Below are positions 8,310-18,514 of a stretch of 64,000 bases of DNA, piece by piece. Source of the stretch: Candidatus Latescibacterota bacterium (lineage in GTDB: Bacteria; Latescibacterota; UBA2968; GCA-2709665); NCBI GenBank assembly GCA_965219455.1, contig OZ244744.1:5408001-5472000 (forward strand), in the 5' to 3' direction. Made by a program: the position numbers and the translations under genes. The notes beneath the pieces were generated by a model. That model saw nothing but the letters and a program-made list of their open reading frames with translations. It was not told where the DNA came from and ran no database searches. Each line of letters opens with the position of its first letter. Within the stretch, counting starts at the first letter, position 1.

Positions 8310-11048
8310 ATGGTCTTAGTTGAAAATGGAGACAGTACCGCCACGATCACTCTGGACAACGAGAAGGTAACGTTTTCCCAAGATGAAACCATTTTTGACG
8401 TGGCGCAAAGGCACTCGAAAGATGTGCCGACGCTGTGTTACGACTCCCGGCTGAAGCCCTTTGGAAGTTGCCGCCTCTGCGTCGTGGATGTGGAGGGCGC
8501 GCGAACCCCCATGGCTTCATGCACCACCCACGCGACACCCGGGATGGTCGTGCGTACGGAGACGGATGCGATAATGAGGTATCGAAAGGTGTTGCTGGAG
8601 ATGGTGGCGTCCGAAAACCCCGAGATTGATGTAGACCCCCTTAGTGGATATGCTTCCCAGGAACTGGCCACACTTGTGGATCGATACGGCGCGCGTACCG
8701 GCCGGTTTAAGGGAGCGCAGTCCGGACGCAACAAGGTGGAGGACGACAATCCGTTTCTGCTGCGTGATTATGACAAATGTATCTCATGCTACCGTTGCGT
8801 CCGGGTGTGTTCCGAGCAGGAGGGAGACGACGCAATCAGCGTCATGAACCGCGGCTTCGAGACACAGATTGTAACCGAATTCGATGGCTTGCTGAAAAAT
8901 TCGTCCTGTACGTTTTGCGGGCAATGTATCCAGACGTGCCCCACGGGTGCGCTTGCGGACAAGAAGGCGTTGCGGGCATCCGGCGATCCGGGGTCAATTG
9001 AAAAGACGCGCACTATCTGCCCGTACTGCGGGGTGGGGTGTTCGGTGGACGTAATGACCAAAGGGGAAGAGATTGTGGGCATCCAGCCCGCGATGGACGG
9101 TCCGGCGAACCTGGGTGCGCTTTGCGTAAAAGGACAGTTTGCATTCGACTTCGTGCATCACCGCGATCGGCTGAAGATGCCGCTGGTGCGCCGGGGAGAC
9201 GGCAGACTGCAAGAAGCGGGCTGGGACGAGGCGCTGGATCGCGCAGCGAGGGGTTTCATGCATGCTCGGGAGGTACATGGGAAGTACAGCGCCTACGGGG
9301 TGGCCTCCGGCCGTGCGCCTACCGAAGCGTCCTACCTGATGGGGAAGTTCATCCGCGCCGGCTTCGGTACCAACTACATAGACAACTGCAGCCGTGCGTG
9401 ACACGCCCCAACGGTTGCCGGTCTGGCAGCCACGATCGGACGGGGCGCAATGTCGAATCCACTGGCCGATATGGACAAACCCGATGTGTTCTTCTGCATC
9501 GGGACGAATATGACCGAGTGTCATCCGGTGGCGGCCACGCGGCTGAAGAAAGCGATACGTACGGGGGCAAAACTGATTGTCGCGGATCCGCGGCGAATCC
9601 CGCTGGCGGAGATGGCGGATCTGTATCTTCCGCTGCGGGTGGGATCGGACGTTGCCCTCCTGCTGGGGATGGCGCATGTCATCGCAAGGGAGGGGTTGAT
9701 CGACGCGGACTTTGTCGAAAAGCGGACGGCAAAGTTTGAGGACTTCCTGGAGCATGTGAAGGAGTATCCGCCGGAATGGGCCGAGCGAATTACGGGGGTG
9801 CCCGCAAAGGATATCGAACTGGCCGCCATCTGGTACGGCATGGCCGATAGGGGTGCGATCTACTATACGCTGGGAATTACCGAGCATATCTGTGGCGTGG
9901 ACAATGTTCAAAGCCTGTGTAATCTGGCCCTGATGACGGGAAACGTGGGTCGCGTCGGTACGGGCATCAATCCGATGCGCGGTCAGAACAATATCCAGGG
10001 CGCGGGGGATTCAGGAGCCATACCGGATAAATTTCCCGGGTTCCAGCCGTGCGACGACCCGGAGAGCGCGACAAAATTCTCCCGGCTTTATGGCCAGCGT
10101 CTCGAAGTGGAAAAGGGCGTTACCAAGGTGGCGGCACTGAACCTGTGCGGCGACCGGATCCGTGCAATGATGATCGACGGCGAGAACACGGTTGTATCCG
10201 ATCCGGACAGGGCGCATTGCACGCGGGCATTACAGAGTCTGGACCACCTGGTGGTGATCGATATCTTCCTGACGGAAACGGCTGAACTTGCCGACGTCGT
10301 GCTGCCGGCCACGGCCTGGGGGGAGACGGATGGGACGTGCACGAATACGGAGCGGCGTGTCCAGCGGCTGCGCGCGGCCGTCCCGCCCCCTGGAGAAGCC
10401 CGGCCTGACTGGTGGATTGTAAGCGAGGTTGCGAAACGGATGGGAACGCCGGGATTCGAGTTCGCTTCTGCGAAGGAGGTGTTCAACGAGTTGTGCAGCG
10501 TGTCGCCTATATACGCAGGGCTGAATTGGGATCGAATAGAACACGGCCTGTACCAATGGCCGGTGCCGGACGGGGAACATCCGGGCACGCCTATGTTGCA
10601 CGAAGGCGAGTTCGCAAACGGCCGGGGTATTTTCACGAATCACCGCTATCGCAATCCGGCCGAGACGGTGAGTGACGCCTTTCCGGTTTGGTTGACGACC
10701 GGTCGCAGATTGCATGCCTACCATACACGGACCCAGACCGGACGAGCGACGGGGATGGATTATTTTCTTTCTGAAGAGACGCTGGAGGTGAATCCATCGG
10801 ACGTGTCGGCCTGGGGTCTGACAGACGGCGGCTGGTGCCGGATGTCGAGTGCACGCGGTTCCATTCGGATCAAGGTTAAGGCGACCCGGCAGTCTCCACG
10901 GGGCACGGTGTTCGCCAGTTTTGGTTTCAATGACGTTCCGGTGAATATTCTGACCGGTTCGGGATACGATCCAGTGACGGAAACAGCTGAATTGAAGGTT
11001 TGCCCGGTTCGTATTGAAGCGGTTGTGCCGGAACGACATACAACCTAA
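8310..11048 (+). CDS. fdhF: Selenocysteine-containing formate dehydrogenase alpha subunit (Mo/W-bis-PGD); Sec at TGA 9399-9401
   Basis: ORFs 8283-9401 and 9450-11048 are in the same frame and join as DNCSRA-U-HAPTVAGL; Fe-S motifs, CPYCGVGC, RGQNNIQG, TNTERRVQ; SECIS present. Confidence 0.93.
9402..9440 (+). promoter_or_regulatory. Bacterial SECIS element
   Basis: GGTTGCC-GGTCT-GGCAGCC hairpin starting 12 nt after TGA, closely resembling the E. coli fdhF SECIS. Confidence 0.88.
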
Positions 11049-11057
11049 GGATTAAAA

Positions 11058-11888
11058 TTGAATTCAAGTATAACACAGCGAGTCGTGTCGAGAGTGAATG
11101 GCGGCTGTCCGGTGCGCTCGATTCAGGACGATATCGCAATTGAAGAGCCCCTGGAAATCCGCGTGGCGGGGGATCCGGTGGCCGTGACCATGCGTTCACC
11201 GGGAGATGACGCGCGGCTTGCAGTGGGTTTTCTGTTTTCGGAAGGGATTATCGCGTCTATCGAGGACGTGGGGCGCGTATATCACTGCGGAAGGCCCGGT
11301 ACAGAGGCATACGGAAATGCGATCGACGTGCTGCCCGCGCCCGGCCACAGTCTGGATATAGAGCGGGTAAACGCCAGCCGGCGCGGCACACTGACGACGT
11401 CGGCGTGTGGGGTCTGCGGCAGACAAGGCGTCGAGGACTTGGTGGCGCGTTGTTCTGCGATGCCGCCTGGGCCGAAAATATCGGCGGAATTGCTCTTTGA
11501 AACCATTGAACAAATGACACGGATTCAGCCAACATTCACCCATACGGGGGGTGTGCACGCCGCCGCCGCATTCGGCCCGGATGGCCACGCGCTTGTATGC
11601 TGCGAGGATGTAGGCCGACACAATGCCTTAGACAAAACCGTCGGCGCCCTGCTTTTCGACCGATTGGTGGGAACCTCTCGGGGACCCGCCGTACTGGCCG
11701 TAAGCGGCAGGGCGAGCTTTGAAATCGTCCAGAAAGCGGCAGTCGCACGGATTCCCATTGTTGCAAGCGTCTCCGCGGCCAGTTCTCTGGCGGTCGATCT
11801 TGCAACCGATGTGGGTATTACCCTTGCGGGATTCGTTCGCCGGAAGGGCTTCAACCTGTACGCGCACCCTGAACGGATCGTGCGATAA
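11058..11888 (+). CDS. fdhD: Formate dehydrogenase accessory sulfurtransferase
   Basis: EEPLEIR, TMRSPG, SACGVCG, TGGVHAAA, EDVGRHNALDK, SGRASFE. Confidence 0.95.
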   Translation: MNSSITQRVVSRVNGGCPVRSIQDDIAIEEPLEIRVAGDPVAVTMRSPGDDARLAVGFLFSEGIIASIEDVGRVYHCGRPGTEAYGNAIDVLPAPGHSLDIERVNASRRGTLTTSACGVCGRQGVEDLVARCSAMPPGPKISAELLFETIEQMTRIQPTFTHTGGVHAAAAFGPDGHALVCCEDVGRHNALDKTVGALLFDRLVGTSRGPAVLAVSGRASFEIVQKAAVARIPIVASVSAASSLAVDLATDVGITLAGFVRRKGFNLYAHPERIVR

Positions 11889-11898
11889 GGAGTGGAAG

Positions 11899-12126
11899 AT
11901 GCCTATTTTTGAGTTTGTCTGCGGCGATTGCCGTCATCCCTTCGAGATATTCATTCAGGGCTCCCAGGAACCGCACTGCCCATCCTGTGGTAGCAGCGAA
12001 CTTGAAAAGCAACTTTCGGTCTTTGCCGTAAGCGGAGGCAGCGGCCAAACGGCGACGCGCGGACCCTCGGGGCCCTGCGGAACCTGCGGAGACCCCAGGG
12101 GTCCCGGCGCCTGTTCATTGAATTAG
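11899..12126 (+). CDS. FmdB family zinc-ribbon protein
   Basis: MPIFEFVCGDC..FE..CPSCGS..LEKQLS; RBS AAGGAG. Confidence 0.9.
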   Translation: MPIFEFVCGDCRHPFEIFIQGSQEPHCPSCGSSELEKQLSVFAVSGGSGQTATRGPSGPCGTCGDPRGPGACSLN

Positions 12127-12133
12127 ACAATGG

Positions 12134-12163
12134 ATCCCGGTTGAGAACGCCGGGTTTTTTTTT
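12134..12163 (+). terminator. Rho-independent terminator ending the fdh operon
   Basis: CCCGG...CCGGG stem followed by T9. Confidence 0.75.
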
Positions 12164-12245
12164 GTACATAAATTGAAAATGCGAACGAATTTTCGAACGA
12201 TTCTGGCCAATCCCTATAGATCGTCTGCTACCTGAAGCATGTAAG

Positions 12246-12282
12246 AATTGCATTTGTGCAATTTACCAATTCGTACTATCTT
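12246..12282 (+). promoter_or_regulatory. Putative sigma70 promoter with an overlapping palindromic operator
   Basis: TTGTGC-17nt-TATCTT; AATTGCA-N4-TGCAATT inverted repeat covers the -35. Confidence 0.45.
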
Positions 12283-12410
12283 TGGCGGAGTTGGCACGTT
12301 TCGCGTCATCTCCCGCGCCGGACGACGTGCCTGGATTCAATTCGTCGATCTGGCCGAACCCCAACAGCCAATGTCAGGCCTGGTGGCTGGCGCGCCGGGG
12401 AGTATTCGCC

Positions 12411-14159
12411 ATGGGCGGCTTTTTCACAAAAGCCTACCGCCGAATTCAACAATCGATAGCCGAGGATCGTTGTGTGATTCTGGATGGCGGTGTTGCAACG
12501 GAGTTGGACCGCTTGGGTCTTGGGGATCACGCCATAAGCGATCACAGCCTCTGGGGTACCTGGGCGTTGTACAATGAACCCCTTTCGGTGCTGGATGTAC
12601 ACCGACGGTTTGCGGAGGTTGGCTGCGACTTGATTTCAACCAATACCTGGGGGATTCTCGACGGATCGGAGATAGACGCACGCGGGCTGACGGCAGGTGC
12701 GGGAATCTCGCATCGGATGGACGTGGCGCGACGCGGCATCAGGTTGGCTCGCCAGGCAATTCAACAGGTGGGCAGGGATGGCGAATGCGCCGTGGCCTTC
12801 AGCGTAAATGGAGACATCGATACGTCTCAACGCCTGGAACGATTGCAGCTGCTTTCGAGGGTATTTGCAGACGATCCACCCGATCTCATTTTGATGGAGA
12901 CGATGTCCATTGTCCGCGAAGACCTCACGCTTCCAGCGGTCGAACTGATGATTCAGACCGGAATTCCGGTGTGGTTGAGCTTCCGGCGATGCATTCAGGG
13001 TCTGTGCGGCGTGCATGGGCAGCACTGGGGGGGTCCCGAGGATGACTATTTCGGCAGATTGGCTGGCCGTTTCGAACGAATGGAAATAGGGGCCCTCTTA
13101 ATCAATTGTCTGCCGGTGGAACACGTACCGGGTATGATTTCCTGGCTGAGGGATTTTACGGATCTTCCACTGGGCGTGTACCCGAACCTGGGGCGTTACC
13201 TGGACCCGGGTTGGAAATTCGACGACACGGTGGGATCCCGATGCTTTGCGGCGCTGGCCCAGGCCTGGCGCGAAGAGGGAGCGCAGATCGTCGGTGGGTG
13301 CTGTGGTGTCACTCCCGAACACATTGCCGAAGCCGGGAAGGCGCTGGCTTGCACCCGGGCGGGTCGAAAGCGAGTCCGGCCTCATACATCTGCGGGGGGT
13401 GGAGCCGATCGGGACGATCCGGTCGTTCCGTGCCCATGGGTCGACGAAAACATGCGGACGCTCTTTCCGTTGCCATTCCCTGAAATCGTGTGCGATCCGG
13501 AAGTTTTCGCTCCCACACAAGGTAGCTTTCTAATCTGGAAGCATCTCTTTCGAACGGGCGCCGGTCAAGGCAAACGCTGTCTGGATGTGGGGTGCGGCAC
13601 CGGAATCCTGTCCGTGCAACTCGCGTTGAACGGAGCGGAGCAGGTGGTCGCAATTGATATCCAGAAAGAAGCCGTAGGCAATACGATGACAAACGCTTTT
13701 CGAAACGGCGTGGCCGACCGCGTTTCCGGACGGGTTGTGGATCTTTATACCTATATTCCGGAAGAGAGGTATGACCTGGTAATCGGCAGTCTTTATCAGA
13801 TGCCGGTGGATCCGATTCGGCAAACAACCGGACATCGTCCCGCCGATTTCTGGGGCAGAAATCTGCTGGATCACCTGATTTCTCTGCTGCCGGAGATGCT
13901 TGCCGACGAAGGTGTCGCCTATCTGATGCAGATTTCGGCTTTGAGTCAGATTCGCACGTCCGAGCTGATTTCGATCGCCGGACTGGACGCGACGGTAATC
14001 GACTTCAGTTTTTTTTACTTCAGCCCGGTATTCGACGAAAATACCGATCAGATCAAGCGGGTCTCCGATTTGTCGGATGCTTTTCACCTGAGTTTCGGGC
14101 AGGAAAACGTGATGGTGATGTACCTGCTGGAGATTAGGTTCGGGGGACCGAAGCCATAG
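12411..14159 (+). CDS. Homocysteine S-methyltransferase domain fused to a class I SAM-dependent methyltransferase
   Basis: ILDGGVATEL, LINC, YPN, GGCCG (Zn ligands); C-terminal LDVGCGTGIL and AIDI; ATG 12411 after GGGGAG. Confidence 0.88.
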   Translation: MGGFFTKAYRRIQQSIAEDRCVILDGGVATELDRLGLGDHAISDHSLWGTWALYNEPLSVLDVHRRFAEVGCDLISTNTWGILDGSEIDARGLTAGAGISHRMDVARRGIRLARQAIQQVGRDGECAVAFSVNGDIDTSQRLERLQLLSRVFADDPPDLILMETMSIVREDLTLPAVELMIQTGIPVWLSFRRCIQGLCGVHGQHWGGPEDDYFGRLAGRFERMEIGALLINCLPVEHVPGMISWLRDFTDLPLGVYPNLGRYLDPGWKFDDTVGSRCFAALAQAWREEGAQIVGGCCGVTPEHIAEAGKALACTRAGRKRVRPHTSAGGGADRDDPVVPCPWVDENMRTLFPLPFPEIVCDPEVFAPTQGSFLIWKHLFRTGAGQGKRCLDVGCGTGILSVQLALNGAEQVVAIDIQKEAVGNTMTNAFRNGVADRVSGRVVDLYTYIPEERYDLVIGSLYQMPVDPIRQTTGHRPADFWGRNLLDHLISLLPEMLADEGVAYLMQISALSQIRTSELISIAGLDATVIDFSFFYFSPVFDENTDQIKRVSDLSDAFHLSFGQENVMVMYLLEIRFGGPKP

Positions 14160-14352
14160 CTGGACCGGTTTGAAAACATCGCGCCGACCGATCCCGAACG
14201 TGGGGATACCCGGCTTCGGCGTCGGGGATCGGCTTGCAGCCTTGCGGTCGGCACGGCGTCTGGAGCACAAAACGGCCTCCGCTGATCGTGGTCAGCGCGT
14301 TTGAGCGAGGTTCTCCGGCGGTGTGGGCGCCGAATTCGCCAGGGAATGCAAT

Positions 14353-15183
14353 ATGGTCGATCAATTCCTTCAAGGACGCGCGGCAATTGTCACGGGAGGC
14401 GCGAGTGGACTGGGCAGGGCCATCGCATTGCGCCTGGCAGGCCGGGGTGCGGACATCTGCATTATGTCCCTGAGCAGCCGGCGCGTGAAAAGGGTACACA
14501 GTGAGGTGAAATATTTCGCGGACGTGGACGAAATCGAGACGACCCGGCAGGAAATCCGGGAAATGGGCGTACGGTGCATCGGTCTGGACGGGGACGTCAG
14601 TTCGGAAACCGACGTGGAGGACATGATCGGCCAGACCGTCAGAACCTTCGGCAGGTTGGATGTTCTGGTGAACAACGCCGCGACCAACGTTATACATCCG
14701 ATCCTCAACCACGACAACCACGCCTGGAGACGCGTGCTCGATGTGAATCTATTCGGACCCTACCTGTGTACCCGGAACGCACTGCCCCATATGATCGAAA
14801 GCGGATGGGGACGAATCGTCTCTATCGGTTCCACCAATTCCCACGTCGGGTCGTCCGATTACAGTGCTTACGCGGCATCCAAACACGGATTGTTGGGGTT
14901 CAACAGATCTCTCGCATTGGAGGTGGCGCGCCACCATATTACGGCCAATACCGTCAGCCCGGCAACAATCGAAACGCCGTCCGGACATATGCATCTGCTG
15001 CGGTGGGCGGAAGACCAGGGTCTTTCTCGTGAAGCCATGAGAGAGGAAATCATGAAATCCTATCCGCAGGGCAGATTTCTGCGCCCGGAGGAAATTGCCG
15101 ACCTGGTTGTCTATCTGTGCCGGGAAGAAGCGCAGGGAATAAACGGGGAAGATATCCGTGTGACAACGGGTGCGATGTATTAG
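14353..15183 (+). CDS. Classical short-chain dehydrogenase/reductase
   Basis: TGGASGLG, NNA, YAASKHG. Confidence 0.93.
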   Translation: MVDQFLQGRAAIVTGGASGLGRAIALRLAGRGADICIMSLSSRRVKRVHSEVKYFADVDEIETTRQEIREMGVRCIGLDGDVSSETDVEDMIGQTVRTFGRLDVLVNNAATNVIHPILNHDNHAWRRVLDVNLFGPYLCTRNALPHMIESGWGRIVSIGSTNSHVGSSDYSAYAASKHGLLGFNRSLALEVARHHITANTVSPATIETPSGHMHLLRWAEDQGLSREAMREEIMKSYPQGRFLRPEEIADLVVYLCREEAQGINGEDIRVTTGAMY

Positions 15184-15248
15184 ATGGGGCCGCGAAATAG
15201 GTACCCGAAACCACCCTGTCCCGCCCTTGGCGTGTGAAGGAGGCGTTA

Positions 15249-16031
15249 GTGGATCTGGGATTGAAAGGCCGCCGGGCGCTGGTGACTGGCGCGAGTAAGG
15301 GCATCGGCAAGGCAATTGCATTTGAACTGGCAACGGAAGGTGCCGATCTTGCAATCTGCGCGCGCGGGTCCCTCGCGCTTCAGGATACGGCGGCAACGCT
15401 TAAGGCGGCAACGGGCGTGAACGTGTTCGCAGCCACCGCGGACGTCACGGTCGACATCGAGACCCAGGCGTTTGTGGAGCAGGGCGCCGCCGCGCTGGGT
15501 GGGCTGGATATTCTGGTGAACAACGCTGGCAGTGCGCTTCCCGGTACCTTCGAAGAGGTGGACGAGGCTAGCTGGCGTGCGGATCTGGACGTGAAGCTGT
15601 TTGCCGCGATGCACTGTGTGCGTACCGCCCTGCCTTATCTGAAAAAGAGCCCGCAGGCGAGGATCATCAATATCAACTCGATTGTCGGACGTCAGATTGC
15701 ACCGGAATACATCGCCAACAGCACCGATAGGGCGGCCTGTCTGGCGTTCAGCAAAGGCCTTTCGGACAACCTGGCACCATACGGAATTCTCGTTAACAGT
15801 GTGAATCCCGGCAACGTGAAGAGCCAGGCATGGGGCAGCACATTGGACTATTTCGCACCGGACGCGGACCTGAAGGACTATTATGCACTGGCAAGCCGGG
15901 AGACACCGCTGGGCAGGGTGGCGGAAGCGGCCGAGATTGCGGCAGTGGTGACTTTTCTGGCAAGCAAACGGGCGAGCTACGTCACCGGAGCGTCCATCGA
16001 CGTGGACGGCGGATTGGTGAGGTACATTTAG
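15249..16031 (+). CDS. Atypical SDR (BKR-like)
   Basis: MDLGLKGRRALVTGASKGIG, NNAG; YxxxK replaced by NSTDR; GTG start after AAGGAGG. Confidence 0.9.
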   Translation: MDLGLKGRRALVTGASKGIGKAIAFELATEGADLAICARGSLALQDTAATLKAATGVNVFAATADVTVDIETQAFVEQGAAALGGLDILVNNAGSALPGTFEEVDEASWRADLDVKLFAAMHCVRTALPYLKKSPQARIININSIVGRQIAPEYIANSTDRAACLAFSKGLSDNLAPYGILVNSVNPGNVKSQAWGSTLDYFAPDADLKDYYALASRETPLGRVAEAAEIAAVVTFLASKRASYVTGASIDVDGGLVRYI

Positions 16032-16227
16032 GTCCGGCGAGACAGAATCCGTGTGCCCGGGGATTCGGACGTTTTGCCTGCGGGCCCAGGTTCGTCGGCA
16101 AAAGATCGCGTGTTGCAGAAATTGCGACACGTGGACCTGGCGTCCCGTTCTACCGCTCGGCAATCCTGGACACGGTCCGTCTGCCCGTCACGTCGAACAA
16201 GAGGCCCCGCACGTTAAGGTAATTGTA

Positions 16228-18483
16228 TTGTCCAATCCTCGTTTTGAAAAATTGTCTCCCGTCCCCGGCCTGGGGCTGGAGGGCTATGCCGACGAAATAA
16301 CCCTTCCGGCGGGAGCGGAGATCGGTTTCAAATTGGGTGGCCCTCCGGGCGTGGCGGAGGTGAATCTGGCCCGGCTGATTCACGGGGATCCAAATTCCGA
16401 CGGTCCGGGTTACAGGGAAGAACGTGTTTCGTGGGGGCAGCAGGATCGGATTGAGGTGTCCGACCAGGCAACGGATTATGGTTCATTTATCGAGATTCCG
16501 AATTCCGACGCCCTGAACCCGGTGGGTGCGTTTACCGTGGCGCTCTGGTTTCTGCCCACTCTGGGTGGCGGCGGATGGCGCGCCCTGACGGTGAAGTGGG
16601 CGCGTGAAAACTTGAGCTACGGGATTTTTTTCGCCGGCGAGCGGTTTCTGACGGCTGCCGTGTCTCACGACGGCAAAACCGCGCACTGGGCAACGGCCAG
16701 AGAGTCCATCCATATTGGCAACTGGCAGTTCGTGGCGTTCTCGTACCAACCTGACTCGGGTGACATTTGTCTTTATCAGCAGATCGGGGATACGGCGGGG
16801 GTGGTCGAAACCCGATCGTCTCAAGATGCGCTGAGTTGTACATCGAAAAATATCGAGATGGGTACGGTGTTCGCGGGCACCGCGCCGCTGCTGTTTGGCG
16901 CCTGCCCGGACCCCGGCCGCGAAGGCAGCCATTGGGCCCACTTTACGGGCAAGATCGCGCACCCTGTGCTTTTCGGAACCGCGCTGGATCGCGAAGGGAT
17001 CCAGGCACTCGCCGGAGGACAGAATCCTTCAACTCTGGGGCCCCTGCTGGGATGCTGGCATCTTGGCGTGGAGGTGTCCGGCATCCGCGTCGTCGATCTG
17101 TCTGATAACAGGAATCACGGGTTTGCCGTAAATGCGCCGGGACGTGCGGTTACCGGCCCATTCTGGAAGGGAATGCCGTCCCGGCTCTATACGGATCTGC
17201 CTGACGACTACAATGCGATCTACCTTCACGAAGACGATCTGGAAGATGCCGGATGGCCAACGTCTCTTTCGGTGGAAATACCGCCCGACGCAAGATCCGG
17301 CATCTATACACTACGCGCCGGGACAGATGCCGACGCACTCTTCGTGCCGTTCATCGTGACGTCGGATGAACCGCGGTCGGAATTGGCGTGCCTGATCCCC
17401 ACGCTCACATGGCAGGCGTACGGAAGTAACCGTGCCGCGTACAGCTATACTGAAGACGGCGTGCTGGATCGAACGCTTTGCACCTACGACGTGCATAGCG
17501 ACGGGTCGATGGTTTACTATTACTCGCGGCTACAGCCCACGCGTGGATGGAATCCCGGTGCGGGATTCCAAAACTGGGGCGCGCACAATATTACCGCGAA
17601 TCTCTATCTGATCGACTGGCTGGAAGCGCTGGAATTCGAATACGACGTGTTTGCGGACGAAGATCTGCATTGCGGGGGCACCGAACTACTTTCGAAATAC
17701 CGATGTGTGATTCTGGGTAGCCATCCCGAATACCACACCGAAAACATGGTCGACAGCCTGGCGGCGTACGTGCGAAACGGGGGCCGCCTGGTCTATTTGG
17801 GCGGCAATGGTCTGTACTGGGTGATGTCCATCGACCCCCGTCGCCCGCACCTGATTGAACTTCGCCGGGGAGGAGAGGGCGACTACGGACCCACATACAA
17901 GCCGGTGCCCGGGGAGTCGCAGCACAGCACCACACTGGAGCTCGGGGGACTGTGGGCAAGGCGGAGGCGTCCGCCCCGTCGGACAGTCGGTGTGGAACAT
18001 GCGTCCAACACCTGGATGGAAGCCGAAGAAAAAAGGGGTTTTCGGCAACTTCCAGCAAGCAGTGACGCCAGGTACGCGTGGGTTTTCCAAGGTGTCGGAG
18101 AAGACGAGGTTATCGGAGACTTCGGTCTGAATCTGGGCAGCGCAGCAGGCTTCGAAATGGACGCCGTACAGGCATGGGCGTGGGACCGGCTCACGCCCGA
18201 GCCCGTCGTACTTGCCCGGGCGGCGCATCCCGAATTCATCCCCGCCCGACGTACGCACGTTTCGCCGACGGCGGATGTTGCAATTATGAATTACCCTGGA
18301 GGCGGCGCGGTTTTTTCGGCAGGCTCCGTAACCTGGACGGGCAGCCTATCCCACAACGGTTACGCCAACAATGTTTCCACCATCACCCGCAACGTGATTC
18401 GCCGTTTTCTGGATGCGCCCGGCGGCGGGACCGTACTTGGAGAGGCCGGCCATCCATCGCCGGAGAACACCTCTCCCGGATGA
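16228..18483 (+). CDS. N,N-dimethylformamidase large-subunit family protein with LamG-like insert
   Basis: ARLIHGDPN..GPG, LHEDDLEDAGW, TWQAYG, TYDVHSDG, SHPEY, YLGGNG, GFEMD, GAVFSAGS; start uncertain (TTG 16228 after AAGGT). Confidence 0.85.
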   Translation: MSNPRFEKLSPVPGLGLEGYADEITLPAGAEIGFKLGGPPGVAEVNLARLIHGDPNSDGPGYREERVSWGQQDRIEVSDQATDYGSFIEIPNSDALNPVGAFTVALWFLPTLGGGGWRALTVKWARENLSYGIFFAGERFLTAAVSHDGKTAHWATARESIHIGNWQFVAFSYQPDSGDICLYQQIGDTAGVVETRSSQDALSCTSKNIEMGTVFAGTAPLLFGACPDPGREGSHWAHFTGKIAHPVLFGTALDREGIQALAGGQNPSTLGPLLGCWHLGVEVSGIRVVDLSDNRNHGFAVNAPGRAVTGPFWKGMPSRLYTDLPDDYNAIYLHEDDLEDAGWPTSLSVEIPPDARSGIYTLRAGTDADALFVPFIVTSDEPRSELACLIPTLTWQAYGSNRAAYSYTEDGVLDRTLCTYDVHSDGSMVYYYSRLQPTRGWNPGAGFQNWGAHNITANLYLIDWLEALEFEYDVFADEDLHCGGTELLSKYRCVILGSHPEYHTENMVDSLAAYVRNGGRLVYLGGNGLYWVMSIDPRRPHLIELRRGGEGDYGPTYKPVPGESQHSTTLELGGLWARRRRPPRRTVGVEHASNTWMEAEEKRGFRQLPASSDARYAWVFQGVGEDEVIGDFGLNLGSAAGFEMDAVQAWAWDRLTPEPVVLARAAHPEFIPARRTHVSPTADVAIMNYPGGGAVFSAGSVTWTGSLSHNGYANNVSTITRNVIRRFLDAPGGGTVLGEAGHPSPENTSPG

Positions 18484-18514
18484 ACAATAGAGATACACCG
18501 GAGAACCCATTCAG

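Noticed and set aside
6512-8392. Long antisense ORFs (this 626-aa one, 21419-22804, 41908-43146 and similar)
   Set aside because: Shadow frames of well-supported genes in GC-rich DNA; no motifs
8283-11048. FDH alpha as two genes or a nonsense pseudogene
   Set aside because: Same frame, TGA at the catalytic Cys/Sec position, and a SECIS follows
12164-12410. SAM or cobalamin riboswitch before the methyltransferase cluster
   Set aside because: No recognisable consensus motifs
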